Assembly: GCA_963712055.1 (NCBI GenBank)
Contig: CAVQGN010000004.1
Location: 291,813-355,812 of the forward strand
Direction of reading: 5' to 3'
Source: an uncultured Chloroflexia bacterium
GTDB taxonomy: Bacteria > Chloroflexota > Chloroflexia > Thermomicrobiales > UBA6265
DNA length: 64,000 nt
Shown here: in pieces, positions 37,163-50,898 of the stretch
How positions within the stretch are numbered: position 1 is the stretch's first letter
How the letters are laid out: each line of letters begins with the position of its first letter
Notes under the pieces: generated by a model
The model's database searches: none
Told to the model about the DNA's origin: nothing
What the model saw: only the letters and a program-made list of their open reading frames with translations
Position numbers and translations under genes: made by a program

Positions 37163-38122
37163 ATGGAAGTTCACATATCGATCGCAGCTGAAGAGCTCTT
37201 TACGATTGGTCCGATCTCGGTGACCAACGCGATGGCAACGATGGTTGTCATCATGGTGCTGTTGTTGCTGGTTTTCGGAGCCATTTCTCGGCGAGCGTCG
37301 ATGATTCCAGGTCGAGGACAGGCGGTTTTCGAGATCATTCTCGAAGCACTGTTAGGGATGACCGAAGGCGCCGGCGGTAAAACGCTGGGTCGGCGGATGT
37401 TCCCGCTCGTTTCTGCGCTTTTCATCTTTATTCTGTTCGCGAATTACTCCGGTTTGTTGCCGGGAGTCGGAACGATCGGTCTCGAACGCGAAGTTGCCCA
37501 CGAGGAAACGACTGAGGAGACATCTCCCGGAACAGAGGGTGACGAAGCTCGGGTCTACACAATCGCGGCGGCCGGAACCGCAACCCAAGCTGCCCCTGGG
37601 AGCTCGGCGGAAGCTGGTGAAACGGAGCTCGTTCCGTTTCTACGCCCGCCAACAGCCGACCTCAACATGACACTTGCTCTGGCGCTCGTGACTTTCGTGT
37701 CTATCCAGGTCGCTGGTATTCGGGCGCACGGAGTGGTTGGTCGGATCAAGCACCTCGCGACGCCGCCATTTCTCTTTCCAATTGAAGTCATCTCCGAGTT
37801 TTCCCGGATTATTTCGCTGTCCGCCCGACTTTTCGGCAATGTCTTTGCTGGCGAAGTGCTGTTGGCGGTGATGTACACGATCGGTGCCAAGATCGGGATT
37901 GTGATTATCCCTGTGCTCGTGCCGGTTGTCTTCCTTGGCCTCGAGTTCATGTTCGGGACGATCCAGGCGATGGTGTTCGCGATTCTGACCCTGATTTACA
38001 TCTCGGTCGCGGCGGCGCATCATGACGACGATCATCACGAATCGGAAGCGGGGAACGCTGCATTATCAACTGATGTGGCTACGCACGTGGAATCGCGGTC
38101 GCAGTCAACGGCGAGCGCATAG
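37163..38122 (+). CDS. atpB: F0 ATP synthase subunit a
   Basis: PPTADLN, SLSARLFGN.FAGE, IQAMVF.ILT. Confidence 0.97.
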   Translation: MEVHISIAAEELFTIGPISVTNAMATMVVIMVLLLLVFGAISRRASMIPGRGQAVFEIILEALLGMTEGAGGKTLGRRMFPLVSALFIFILFANYSGLLPGVGTIGLEREVAHEETTEETSPGTEGDEARVYTIAAAGTATQAAPGSSAEAGETELVPFLRPPTADLNMTLALALVTFVSIQVAGIRAHGVVGRIKHLATPPFLFPIEVISEFSRIISLSARLFGNVFAGEVLLAVMYTIGAKIGIVIIPVLVPVVFLGLEFMFGTIQAMVFAILTLIYISVAAAHHDDDHHESEAGNAALSTDVATHVESRSQSTASA

Positions 38123-38207
38123 AACAATTGGTCGGAGTCCGACAGGAGTCGGCTTTGAGTTTTCAGCGCGTCAAGTGGGGCGTAGCTGGGCAAAGAGGAG
38201 GAAACGC

Positions 38208-38450
38208 GTGTTCGACGGAATTACAGATCCAGATGCCGTACGGTATATCGGTGGCGCGCTCGCCATTGGCCTTGGGGCGATTGGCCCAGGTCTCGGACTT
38301 GGATGGGCAGTCAGCAGTGCAATGCAGGCTCTCGGCCGAAACCCGGAAGCGGCTGGCGAAATCCGCTCGACGATGATCATCGGCGCGGCCCTTGCCGAGG
38401 CCGTTGCGATCTACGCCTTCGTTATCGCGATTATCATCCTGTTCGTCTAG
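38208..38450 (+). CDS. atpE: F0 ATP synthase subunit c (H+-type)
   Basis: GTG after GAGGAGG; GLGAIGPGLGLG, RNPE, LAEA. Confidence 0.97.
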   Translation: MFDGITDPDAVRYIGGALAIGLGAIGPGLGLGWAVSSAMQALGRNPEAAGEIRSTMIIGAALAEAVAIYAFVIAIIILFV

Positions 38451-38580
38451 GGTTTCAGCGAGAGTGGCGGGCGCGCTTGGCGCCAGCCACCTCGTTATTC
38501 CCTTGATGTCCGGGCTTTGATCGAACGGGTTGACGTAGCGTCATTGCTGCCGTCTCCTGATCACGAGGAGCAAACTGTCG

Positions 38581-39099
38581 ATGGATTCGTTAGGAATCGA
38601 GCTCTCAAAACTCATCGTTCAGATCATCGCGTTCGTGGTGTTTATCCTCCTATTCTGGAGATTTGCATCCGGTCCGATCGTGAAGATTCTCGATGAGCGC
38701 CAGGAGCGGGTAAGAGAAGGTATGGAAGCCGCTCAGCGCATGCAAATGCAGCTGGAAGCGACGGCATCCAAAAACGAAGAGGTCCTGGCGGAAGCTCGAC
38801 GGGACGCGCAGGCGATTCTGGTTCAGGCGCGAGAAGCTGGCGATGCCACTATTTCACGAGCCCAGGATGAAGCTGCCCGCCAGTCCGATGAATACATGGC
38901 GCGTGCTCAGGCAACCTTGCGAGCCGAAACCGAGCAGGCTCGACAGCAGCTTCGACAGGAAGTTGCGGACCTCGCGGTACTTGCGGCTTCTCGGATCATT
39001 CACAAGGAACTCGATGCGGACGGGCAGGCTGCCCTGATTGAGCAAACCCTGGCGGATGCCAAAGCACAGAACGAGCGTACGACAGCGGAGCGATCATAA
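38581..39099 (+). CDS. atpF: F0 ATP synthase subunit b
   Basis: N-terminal TM helix, PIVKILDER, coiled coil. Confidence 0.95.
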   Translation: MDSLGIELSKLIVQIIAFVVFILLFWRFASGPIVKILDERQERVREGMEAAQRMQMQLEATASKNEEVLAEARRDAQAILVQAREAGDATISRAQDEAARQSDEYMARAQATLRAETEQARQQLRQEVADLAVLAASRIIHKELDADGQAALIEQTLADAKAQNERTTAERS

Positions 39100-39130
39100 G
39101 TGATTGTCATGAATCGGCGAAAGGCAGACC

Positions 39131-39667
39131 ATGGCCAGTAGTGCCTCGAAACGTTACGGTCGCGCCGTATACGAGCTCGCCAAGGAGACCGGAACGGTCG
39201 ATGCATGGCAGCAGGATCTCGAAGTCCTGGCTGCGATCATCAATGATCCGGATACCGGTACCTATCTGCAGTCACCGAAAGTCCGGGAAGCGCAGCGCCT
39301 GACTCTGCTGGACGGCGCACTCAAGGAGGCGCAACCTGGCGCGCGACGTTTGGCCGAAATGCTGGTGAAGCGCCAACGTCTTGATATTGCCCCGGACATG
39401 CTGGAAGTCTTCAATCATCTTCAGCTTGAAGACGATGGGGTTGCGATCGCGGATGTGACCACCGCCACGCCGCTGGACGCTGATTCGGAGAATCTGGTTG
39501 AACAACAATTGAGCGAACTTATTGGGAAGAAGCTCCAAGTGCGTTATCACGTCGATCCGGCGATTATCGGTGGTCTGGTAGCGCAGGTCGGCGACACGCT
39601 GGTCGACGGAAGTGTCTCTGGTCAATTGCGCCGGATGCACGACCGGCTTTCTTTGGCCGGTCGATAA
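39131..39667 (+). CDS. atpH: F1 ATP synthase subunit delta
   Basis: KRYGRA, VDPAIIGG, DGSV. Confidence 0.95.
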   Translation: MASSASKRYGRAVYELAKETGTVDAWQQDLEVLAAIINDPDTGTYLQSPKVREAQRLTLLDGALKEAQPGARRLAEMLVKRQRLDIAPDMLEVFNHLQLEDDGVAIADVTTATPLDADSENLVEQQLSELIGKKLQVRYHVDPAIIGGLVAQVGDTLVDGSVSGQLRRMHDRLSLAGR

Positions 39668-39721
39668 GCGACCGCCGCAACGTCAACGATCTGATTCTGT
39701 CGGATCTCAAGAGGATGGTGA

Positions 39722-41278
<1,557 letters not shown>

Positions 41279-41332
41279 TTCTGAACATCAGACAGGAACG
41301 ACGCGAGTCGATCCTGTCCCGAGGAGGATCGG

Positions 41333-42199
41333 GTGGCGAGTACACGAGAAATCCGGCGTCGAATTCGTTCGGTGCGCAACATCTCCCAGATCACGCGAGC
41401 CATGGAAATGGTATCGGCGTCGAAGATGCGCCGGTCTCAGCAGCGGGTGCTGGCGAGTCGGCCATATGCCGATCGCATCGAAGCGATGATCGGAGACCTC
41501 GCTGATATCCAACTTGATCAGGACGAAATGGTGAACTATCCGCTCCTCGCCAAACGGGAGATCCGCAACGTCGAGTTGATCCTGATCACGCCTGACAAGG
41601 GTCTGACTGGCGCGATGACGTCGAATGTTATTCGGCGCGCGACCAAGTTCATCCTTGAGGAAGCTGGAGCGCCAACCCAGGTAGTTGCGGTTGGCAAAAA
41701 GGGTCTTGACTTCATGGTGCGAACTCGCCAGAACGTGGTAGCGGAGTTCACCGGACTGACCGATCAAATCACGGCAGCTGACATCGGCGGTCTCACACAG
41801 GTGGTCCTCGAGGACTACCAGAGCGAACGGGTAGACGCCGTCTATCTCTGCTACTCCCAATTTGTGAATACGCTCACCCAGGTGCCGACGATCCAGCAGT
41901 TGCTACCAATCGAACCGCAGGCTGGCACCGGTATGTATTCGGACTATCTCTTTGAACCAAGCTCGGAAGAGGTGCTTGGAGCGTTGTTGCCGCAGTCGGT
42001 CGAAACGCAGATCTACCAATCACTTCTCGAGGCCTTCGCCTCCGAGCATTCCGCACGGATGGTTGCCATGCGCAATGCGTCGGAAAACGCCAAGGATCTC
42101 GTTTCGGAACTCACACTTTCGTACAACAAAGCGCGACAATCACAGATTACGGCTGAAGTTTCGGAGATTGCTGCAGGAGCGAATGCGCTCGGTGGCTAA
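41333..42199 (+). CDS. atpG: F1 ATP synthase subunit gamma
   Basis: ITRAMEMV, SEHSARMVAM, NKARQSQIT.E. Confidence 0.98.
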   Translation: MASTREIRRRIRSVRNISQITRAMEMVSASKMRRSQQRVLASRPYADRIEAMIGDLADIQLDQDEMVNYPLLAKREIRNVELILITPDKGLTGAMTSNVIRRATKFILEEAGAPTQVVAVGKKGLDFMVRTRQNVVAEFTGLTDQITAADIGGLTQVVLEDYQSERVDAVYLCYSQFVNTLTQVPTIQQLLPIEPQAGTGMYSDYLFEPSSEEVLGALLPQSVETQIYQSLLEAFASEHSARMVAMRNASENAKDLVSELTLSYNKARQSQITAEVSEIAAGANALGG

Positions 42200-43681
<1,482 letters not shown>

Positions 43682-43704
43682 GCGACCCACTAGCTGGCCG
43701 GAGG

Positions 43705-43728
43705 ACGGTGGCGCCTTGGCGCCACCGT
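43705..43728. other. Intercistronic hairpin between atpD and atpC
   Basis: ACGGTGGCGCC-TT-GGCGCCACCGT. Confidence 0.6.
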
Positions 43729-43776
43729 TCCTGAACGCTCTCGGAACCGTCCGCTGCCCGAACAGGAGTTGATGAG

Positions 43777-44220
43777 ATGGCAAGTCTCAGTGTCGAAGTC
43801 GTAACCGGAGATCGAGTGGTCTATTCCGAAGAGGGAGTGGACATGGTGGTTGCTCCGGGCAGCGCTGGCATGCTGGGCATACTGCCGAATCATGCCCCGT
43901 TGATTACGACGCTATCCGCGGGTGAGTTGCGTGTCAAAAAGGGCGCGCAGGAACAATCGATGGTGGTGTTCGGTGGTTTCATGGAAGTGACGCCGGACAA
44001 AGTCGTCGTTCTGGCTGACACCGCTGAAAACGTCGAAGAGATCGATGTGGCTCGGGCCGAAGAAGCGCGGCGGAACGCCGAGCAGGAAGTTGCTAACCGG
44101 CAATCGACTGTTGATCTGGCAGAAGCCCAGGCCTCCTTGCGCCGTGCGACGATCCGATTGCGAACTGCGGAGCGCCGCCGCGGTGGCCGCCGCCGTCTCG
44201 ATGGCCCACCCGGTCAGTAG
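43777..44220 (+). CDS. atpC: F1 ATP synthase subunit epsilon
   Basis: GMLGILPNHAPL, GGFMEV, LAD.AE. Confidence 0.97.
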   Translation: MASLSVEVVTGDRVVYSEEGVDMVVAPGSAGMLGILPNHAPLITTLSAGELRVKKGAQEQSMVVFGGFMEVTPDKVVVLADTAENVEEIDVARAEEARRNAEQEVANRQSTVDLAEAQASLRRATIRLRTAERRRGGRRRLDGPPGQ

Positions 44221-44305
44221 GGTTTAGACTGAACCGAGCGGGCTGAATCTCAGCCGACGCCCGGAATGCTGGTAGTCACCAGCACATAGACAGTCCAGCA
44301 GGTTC

Positions 44306-45631
44306 ATGATTAGCACAGCACTCCAATCGAATCCAATAGGGGAGAAGCAGCAGCGGGTTGTCGCTATCGAGGGTGGCGTTCCCCTGCGCGGTTCGGTTTG
44401 CATCAGCGGTTCCAAGAATGCCGCGCTGCCGATGTTGGCGGCCTGTCTGCTGACCCGACAGGAATGCACGCTCTCTAACGTTCCGAATTTGTCCGATGTG
44501 CGGGTGATGGTCAAACTGCTGACCGCTCTCGGCGCGGAAGTCGAATTCGATCCATCCGAAGGGCGGATCACGGTCAATGCCGGCAACCTGACCTCTACCG
44601 AAGCGCCAGCTGAGCTGGTGATCAGCATGCGGGCGTCGTTCCTGGTTGCTGGTCCGTTGCTCGCACGCGAACGATCGTTCCGGACCTCATTGCCAGGTGG
44701 GTGCTCGCTCGGTGCGCGACCGGTTGATGTCGACCTTCGTGGTTTCCGCCAGATGGGTGCGACACTCGAATCGAACGAAACTGATGTCGAAGCTACCGTT
44801 CCAGCCGCCCGATTGAGTGCCTCCCAGATCTTCATGGATTATCCGAGCCACACGGGTACGGAAAATCTTCTGATGGCGGCCACGCTGGCGGAAGGCCGTA
44901 CGCGAATTGTGAATGCATCCTGTGAACCCGAAATCATCGCTCTCGGCAACATGCTCAACCACATGGGGGCTCGGATCACCGGTCTCGGTTCACCGACGAT
45001 CACCGTCGATGGTGTCGACCGGCTGAACGGGGTTTCTGAAAAAGTGCTGCCGGATCGTCTCGAAGCCGGGACCTATGCAATTGCCGCTGTCGTGACTGGC
45101 GGAGAGATTCGCCTCGACCGGGTCGTCGAACGAGACATGCTGCCGCTTCAGTCCAAACTTGAAGAAGCCGGAGCGGAGATCTGGGCGCGAGGGGATTCGA
45201 TGCTCGTTCGACCGGGTCGGAGGTTGCGAGCCGTTGAGATCCAGACGCTGCCATTTCCCGGGTTCCCGACCGATCTTCAAGCGGCATTTGCGGTCCTGAT
45301 GACCCAAGCCAACGGTGTGTCCAAGATCAAGGAACGGGTCTTCGACGATCGGCTGCGATACATCGAGCAGCTCAGAATTCTTGGAGCCAATGCCTCGGTT
45401 GAAGATCTCGGCAATGGCCGACTCGGCAACGAAGCCACAATTATTGGACCAACACCGCTGATCGGCGCGTCAGTCAAGGCTATCGATATTCGGGCTGGCG
45501 CAGGGATGGTGCTTGCTGGTCTGGCTGCGGCGGGCGAAACCATCGTGCACGACACCCATCATCTTGATCGCGGTTACGACCAACTGGTGCCTAAACTCCA
45601 GGAACTCGGCGCCCAGATATCGATTCGCTAA
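44306..45631 (+). CDS. murA: UDP-N-acetylglucosamine 1-carboxyvinyltransferase
   Basis: GSKNAALP, MRAS, LPGGCSLGARP (catalytic Cys), FPTDLQ, DRGY. Confidence 0.97.
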   Translation: MISTALQSNPIGEKQQRVVAIEGGVPLRGSVCISGSKNAALPMLAACLLTRQECTLSNVPNLSDVRVMVKLLTALGAEVEFDPSEGRITVNAGNLTSTEAPAELVISMRASFLVAGPLLARERSFRTSLPGGCSLGARPVDVDLRGFRQMGATLESNETDVEATVPAARLSASQIFMDYPSHTGTENLLMAATLAEGRTRIVNASCEPEIIALGNMLNHMGARITGLGSPTITVDGVDRLNGVSEKVLPDRLEAGTYAIAAVVTGGEIRLDRVVERDMLPLQSKLEEAGAEIWARGDSMLVRPGRRLRAVEIQTLPFPGFPTDLQAAFAVLMTQANGVSKIKERVFDDRLRYIEQLRILGANASVEDLGNGRLGNEATIIGPTPLIGASVKAIDIRAGAGMVLAGLAAAGETIVHDTHHLDRGYDQLVPKLQELGAQISIR

Positions 45632-45654
45632 TCGCGCCCGAAGAGGAACCCGCC

Positions 45655-46056
45655 ATGCCGTCCCGGATCCTGATCGTCGAAGACGAACCCAGCGTTGCCG
45701 ACCTGATCGAGGCGGTTCTCGTGGGTGAGGGGTATATCGTTGCCATTGCTCCTGATGGTGTCCAGGGGCTGATGCTGGCACGCGATTGGAGTCCGGATCT
45801 CATACTGATGGACATCATGCTACCGGGCGTGGACGGCACAACGGCGATTCGCCGGTTGAAGGCTGACGCAGAAACAGCCGACATCCCGATCGTCGCAATG
45901 TCCGCCGGTCGGAACATCCGCAGTCAATCCCTCGAACTCGCCGATGCTGACGCCGCGCTTTCCAAGCCATTCGACATCGACGCGCTGCTGGCGCAGGTCT
46001 CATTTCACCTTTCCCGCCGGCGATCTGAGTTAACTCCTGACGAATCAGCGGATTGA
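45655..46056 (+). CDS. Single-domain response regulator (REC)
   Basis: IVEDE, PDLILMD, SKPF. Confidence 0.92.
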   Translation: MPSRILIVEDEPSVADLIEAVLVGEGYIVAIAPDGVQGLMLARDWSPDLILMDIMLPGVDGTTAIRRLKADAETADIPIVAMSAGRNIRSQSLELADADAALSKPFDIDALLAQVSFHLSRRRSELTPDESAD

Positions 46057-46829
46057 CTCTCGGGGCCGTGTCGAAGCCGGAATCGGATCGAAACGCTGCT
46101 GCCATGCCTGACAACGGGATCGTGGTACTTATTCCAACCTACAACGAGCGCGATACCATCGGTTCCCTTCTCGATGCGGCGCTGGCGTTGGGAAGTGAGT
46201 ATCGGGTCATCGTGATCGATGATCAGTCTCCTGATGGCACTGGGGCGATCGTCGCCGAAAGAGCGCAGCGCTCACCGGACCGGATTGACCTCCTGAGCCG
46301 TCCGCAAAAGGAAGGGATCGGCCCGGCGTACATTGCCGGAATGACCGCCGCGCTCGCGAGCAACGCCCGATTCATCGCCACCATGGATGCTGATCTTTCG
46401 CATGATCCTCAGGACCTGCCCCGGCTCCGATCTGCATTGGACGATGCCGATCTCGCTCTCGGTTCCCGGTACGTTCCGGGAGGAGCCACGGAAGGGTGGC
46501 CCCGGTATCGCCAGCTCTTGAGTCGCTTCGGAGGAGCTTACTCACGCTTTGCGCTCGGAATCGATATTGCCGACCCAACTGGCGGCTTCAAGATGTATCG
46601 GCGAGACGCTCTCGCTTCTCTCGATCTCCCGTCGCTTCGTTCTGATGGCTACGTCTTCCAGATCGAGACGACCTATCTGATCGCTCAGTCGGGACGACGC
46701 GTTGTGGAGGTCCCGATCACGTTTGTCGATCGGATCGCGGGAAAATCGAAACTCTCTCGCCGGATCGTTTTCGAAGCGATGGGATCTGTCTGGCGACTCA
46801 GATTCGCCCATTGGCGTACTTCTCGATGA
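46053..46829 (+). CDS. Polyprenol monophosphomannose synthase (GT2, DPM1-like); start may be 46104
   Basis: IPTYNE, DDQSPDGT, MDADLSHDP, GSRYVPGG, GYVFQIE. Confidence 0.9.
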   Translation: MTLGAVSKPESDRNAAAMPDNGIVVLIPTYNERDTIGSLLDAALALGSEYRVIVIDDQSPDGTGAIVAERAQRSPDRIDLLSRPQKEGIGPAYIAGMTAALASNARFIATMDADLSHDPQDLPRLRSALDDADLALGSRYVPGGATEGWPRYRQLLSRFGGAYSRFALGIDIADPTGGFKMYRRDALASLDLPSLRSDGYVFQIETTYLIAQSGRRVVEVPITFVDRIAGKSKLSRRIVFEAMGSVWRLRFAHWRTSR

Positions 46830-47746
46830 TTGATCTTCTTCTGCTGGGCAATGGCGGCATGATGCCTATGCCGAATCGCTGGCTCTCTTCACTTCTCGTT
46901 CGGGTTGATGGGAATCTGATCCTGTTTGACTGCGGTGAGGGTACGCAGATTCCGTGGCAGACCACCGGTTGGGGCTTCAAGCGGCTTGGCACCATTTGCC
47001 TGAGTCATCTCCATGCCGATCATGTGGCCGGTTTGCCGGGTTTGTTCCATGCAGTCGCCAATGCTGGTCGTGAGGAACCCGTGGTTATCTACGGACCGCC
47101 GGGAACGATTCGGGTCGTGTCAGCTTTGCGGGAGATCGCGCCAGTGCTCTCGTTTGAAATCCGCATCCGGGAAGTCGACGAAGGTGAGCTTCTGGACCTT
47201 CCTGGTGGCGTGTCATTGACGGTGCTCCGCGGAGATCATAGTCTGCCGTGCAACCTCTATCGATTGTCAGTCGATCGTGGCCGCCGCTTCATGGCCGCAG
47301 AAGCTGAGGCGGCGGGTATTCCGCTCGATCTCTGGCGAGAACTTCAGGCTGGACGCGACGTCGAGGTCGATGGTCGGATCGTCGAAGCCGAAGGATTCCT
47401 TGGTCCGCCACGGGCAGGGCTCTCGGTTGGATTTCTGACTGATACGCGGCCAGTTCCTGGGATGCCGACGTTCTTCGCCGACGTTGATTTATTGGTCAGC
47501 GAAGGGACGTATGGGGATTCTGCCAACAAACCGAAAGCAGTCGAAAAGAAACACCTGACCTTTCAGGAAGCCGCCACAATCGCGCGCGAAGCGAATGCGC
47601 GTGCTCTCTGGCTGACGCATTTCAGCCCGGCACTGCTCGATCCAGCCGCCTGGCTTTCCGAAGCCACTGCGGTGTTTCCGAACGCAATACTCGGATTCTC
47701 TGGTCTCGAAGCCACCCTGTCATTTCCAGAAGAGGAACCGCTCTAG
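46826..47746 (+). CDS. rnz: Ribonuclease Z
   Basis: DCGEGTQ, SHLHADH, TDTRP, HLT, LTHFS; ATGA overlap. Confidence 0.92.
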   Translation: MIDLLLLGNGGMMPMPNRWLSSLLVRVDGNLILFDCGEGTQIPWQTTGWGFKRLGTICLSHLHADHVAGLPGLFHAVANAGREEPVVIYGPPGTIRVVSALREIAPVLSFEIRIREVDEGELLDLPGGVSLTVLRGDHSLPCNLYRLSVDRGRRFMAAEAEAAGIPLDLWRELQAGRDVEVDGRIVEAEGFLGPPRAGLSVGFLTDTRPVPGMPTFFADVDLLVSEGTYGDSANKPKAVEKKHLTFQEAATIAREANARALWLTHFSPALLDPAAWLSEATAVFPNAILGFSGLEATLSFPEEEPL

Positions 47747-47748
47747 CG

Positions 47749-48972
47749 TCATCCGCCCGCCAGTGCTTCAGTGATGAATTGACGGAGCTCGACCGGATCT
47801 CCGAGGTAGACCCACCGTCCAGTTTCGGTCCAGCCAGGAACGACGAGGGGTTCGCCGATAGCCTGGATCGAGATATTGCTCCGGTCGAGATGGAGAGCGA
47901 GCCGCGAGAGGGTCAACTGTTCTTCCAGGGAAAAGCTTGTCTGAATCGCGTTCCCTGCCGCCAGGATCAGGTTATCTGCCCGGGTGAGGGAGGAAATGCT
48001 CTTGCCGCGATCAAGGATCGCCAGAATAACATCGATTTGCCGCTCGCGGCGAGCGTCGTCACTGTCAGCATGACGAGTCCGCACATACTTCAGCGCCGTT
48101 TCCCCGTCCATCATTTGCAAACCTGGTGCGAAAATCACTGTTTCGACGCCGTAGTCTTCAGTGGGGTATTCGGTGTCTACGAGTTCGTATGGAACATCGA
48201 TCTGAACGCCGCCGAGCGCATCGACGACAGACTCGAAACCATTGAAATCAATCAGGACGTAGTGATCGATGTGGACCCCGTAATCGGACTCGATGGTATC
48301 GCGAACTTGAGCTACTCCGGCGACGGGATCGTCAGGATCCGCCAGCACGCCATAGTTATAGGATGCGTTGATCTTGTCAGCCCCATAGCCCGGAATCGTA
48401 ACCAGGAGATCGCGCGGGATACTGACCCCCGTCAGCGTGTGTTCGACAAGATCAAGACGGACGAGCAGAAGGACGTCGGCATTTTGGTCACCGCCATCCT
48501 CCCGGCGATCGACGCCGATGACGAGAATGTTCAGGGATGTTTGTCCGTTCCAGATCGTCGACAAACCCGGATCACCGGTTGCGATGCCCGCCGAGACCAT
48601 TGCCTGGGCAATCTCCAGTCGCGAAGGGGGATCAGATTGTCGGGCAGGGGCGGAGTCTGCCGGATCGCTCAGGACTGAACCGGCGTCGAACTCGCCACCG
48701 CCGAGATCGACACCGGAAACGTCGGCAACCAAGCCAGTCGAATCATCGACCGGGAGATCAGATACTCGATCTACTTCCAGAACAGACGCCGAGGACGGCG
48801 GTAATGGAACAACCGACGCACTCTGTACTTTGAACACCGCGCCGAGCACAGCCCAGGCTTGTAACACGCCAAACAGCATCACCAGGAGAGCGAGGCTGCC
48901 GACAACGGCGGTCAATCGACGTTTGCGTGTATTGAACCAGCCGGTATCAGGCTGTGCAGGTTGTTGAGGCAT
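47749..48972 (-). CDS. LCP (LytR-CpsA-Psr) family glycopolymer transferase
   Basis: N-terminal TM helix; NILVIGVD, SIPRD, KINASY, VDALGGV, YVRTR, R.ERQ. Confidence 0.92.
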   Translation of the reverse strand: MPQQPAQPDTGWFNTRKRRLTAVVGSLALLVMLFGVLQAWAVLGAVFKVQSASVVPLPPSSASVLEVDRVSDLPVDDSTGLVADVSGVDLGGGEFDAGSVLSDPADSAPARQSDPPSRLEIAQAMVSAGIATGDPGLSTIWNGQTSLNILVIGVDRREDGGDQNADVLLLVRLDLVEHTLTGVSIPRDLLVTIPGYGADKINASYNYGVLADPDDPVAGVAQVRDTIESDYGVHIDHYVLIDFNGFESVVDALGGVQIDVPYELVDTEYPTEDYGVETVIFAPGLQMMDGETALKYVRTRHADSDDARRERQIDVILAILDRGKSISSLTRADNLILAAGNAIQTSFSLEEQLTLSRLALHLDRSNISIQAIGEPLVVPGWTETGRWVYLGDPVELRQFITEALAGG

Positions 48973-49151
48973 AGCGTTCGCTTCGATGCACGTCAGGGAT
49001 GAAAGCCGCGCGACTGTCCGGGGCTCCAGCGAGTAAGTTTACCGGGAACACCGACCGCCTGCCATAAGTCGCAGAGAGACGTGGGTTGACCATCTTGTGA
49101 AAGGATGACTATGCTGCGGTGAATCGTGGTGCTGCGCAGGGAGGAATTGCG

Positions 49152-50898
49152 GTGGTGTTGAACTCTGTTCTCTTGCCGGGGAATCCTGGAGTCGCGGTTG
49201 AACGTGATGTTGCTCTCGATCTTGCGGATGGCACATCGTTGCTGAGCGATATCTACCGACCAGACAACGTCAGCAGCGATCTTCCAGTGATCCTGATTCG
49301 GGCGCCTTACGACAAACGGCAAGCGGAAAACATCGGTTATTCCCATCCAAGCTGGTACGCCCGTCACGGCTACATGGTGGTCAGTCAGGACACTCGCGGT
49401 CGCTACGCGTCGGGCGGGGAGTGGTATCCATTTCTGAATGAGGCGGCGGATGGTGTTGCTGCGATCGGATGGGCCGCCGGGTTGCCCGGTTCCAATGGTC
49501 GCGTGGGGATGTACGGTTTCTCTTATGGCGGGGCTACTCAGCTCATGCCAGCGATCGAACGGCCACCGGCTCTGATGACAGTCTGCCCAGCGTTCACGGG
49601 ATCACAGTACTACGATGGCTGGACCTATCAGGGAGGGGCTTTTTCGCTCGCGTTTGCGGCCTCTTGGGCGCTGAGTCTCGGGATACATAACGCAGCTCGG
49701 AGGGGTGACGAGGGCGCTGCGGGTCAACTGGGTGCCGCATTTGCTTCAGCAATGCAATGGCACTACACGCTGCCCCTGTCCGCCTATCCACCGTTGCAGG
49801 GGGAAGATACGGGCTACTTTCGGGATTGGCTCGAGCATCCGTCTTACGACGACTATTGGCAGCGCTGGAGTATCGACGAGCACTACGACGATATTGATCT
49901 ACCTGCGCTGCATATCGGCGGCTGGTATGACATCTTCTTGCGTGGGACGATCCGAAATTTCCAGGGACTACGCACCCAGGCTGCCTCCGAAAAAAGTCGG
50001 CAGCAGCAGCGCTTGGTGATTGGTCCATGGTTTCACATGCCCTGGTATCCCGTCGGCGGAGCCTCGGAGAAAGCTGCTGGCGGAACAACCATCGATGATC
50101 TGCAACTAGAGTGGTTCAACACTCATCTGAAGGGCATGCCACCGTCGCAAACTTCGGCTGCAGTGACTATCTGGGTGAATGGAGCAGAGGCCTGGCGTGA
50201 TTTCGACACCTGGCCACCTTCGGGTTGCGAACCATTGCAGCTCTTTCTTCAGTCGAATGGTCGGGCCAACTCGAAGTTCGGTGATGGTGCTGCTTTCCAC
50301 CGAAGCAACTGGTGGGGAACAGCCGGACATCTTCACCTATGATCCGATGGTACCGGTTGTGAGTCTGGGAGGGCATTCCTGCTGTTTCCCATTCGCCGCG
50401 CCGATGGGACCGGCTGATCAGGGATCGACCGAGCAACTCAATTCCGTTCTCGTCTACACAACAGCGCCATTCGACGAAGAGGTGTTGGTGATCGGATCTG
50501 CGACGCTGGTTCTTTTTGCGGCAACCGATGCGCTTGATACCGATTGGACAGCGCGGTTGTGTCTCGTTGACGAGAGCGGCAATTCTCGGAACCTTATTGA
50601 AGGCATCGTCCGCGCTCGCTTCCGGGATTCATTTAGCCAGCCAACGCTTCTCGAACCGAATCGTGCGTATCGATACGAGATCGATCTCGGCGCGCTGGCA
50701 CAACTGGTGAAACCAGGTGAGCGTTTGCGCTTGATCGTGGCGAGCAGCGACTTCCCGCAATGGGACCGCAATCTCAATACCGGCGGTGACTTTGGCCGAG
50801 AGGGCCTCGTCGAAGCCTGCGTCGCGACCCAGGTTGTACTACATGATCCTGTTCACCCCTCCCACTTGCGACTGTCCACCTTGCGAGACGACGGATGA
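49152..50898 (+). pseudogene. CocE/NonD family hydrolase split by a frameshift near 50289 (or a sequencing error)
   Basis: Frame 1 carries PYDK, GFSYGG, GGWYD, IGPW and GRANS..GDG. The +1 frame continues LST...FTYDP...SSDFPQWDRNLN, the PepX_C-type domain. Confidence 0.8.
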
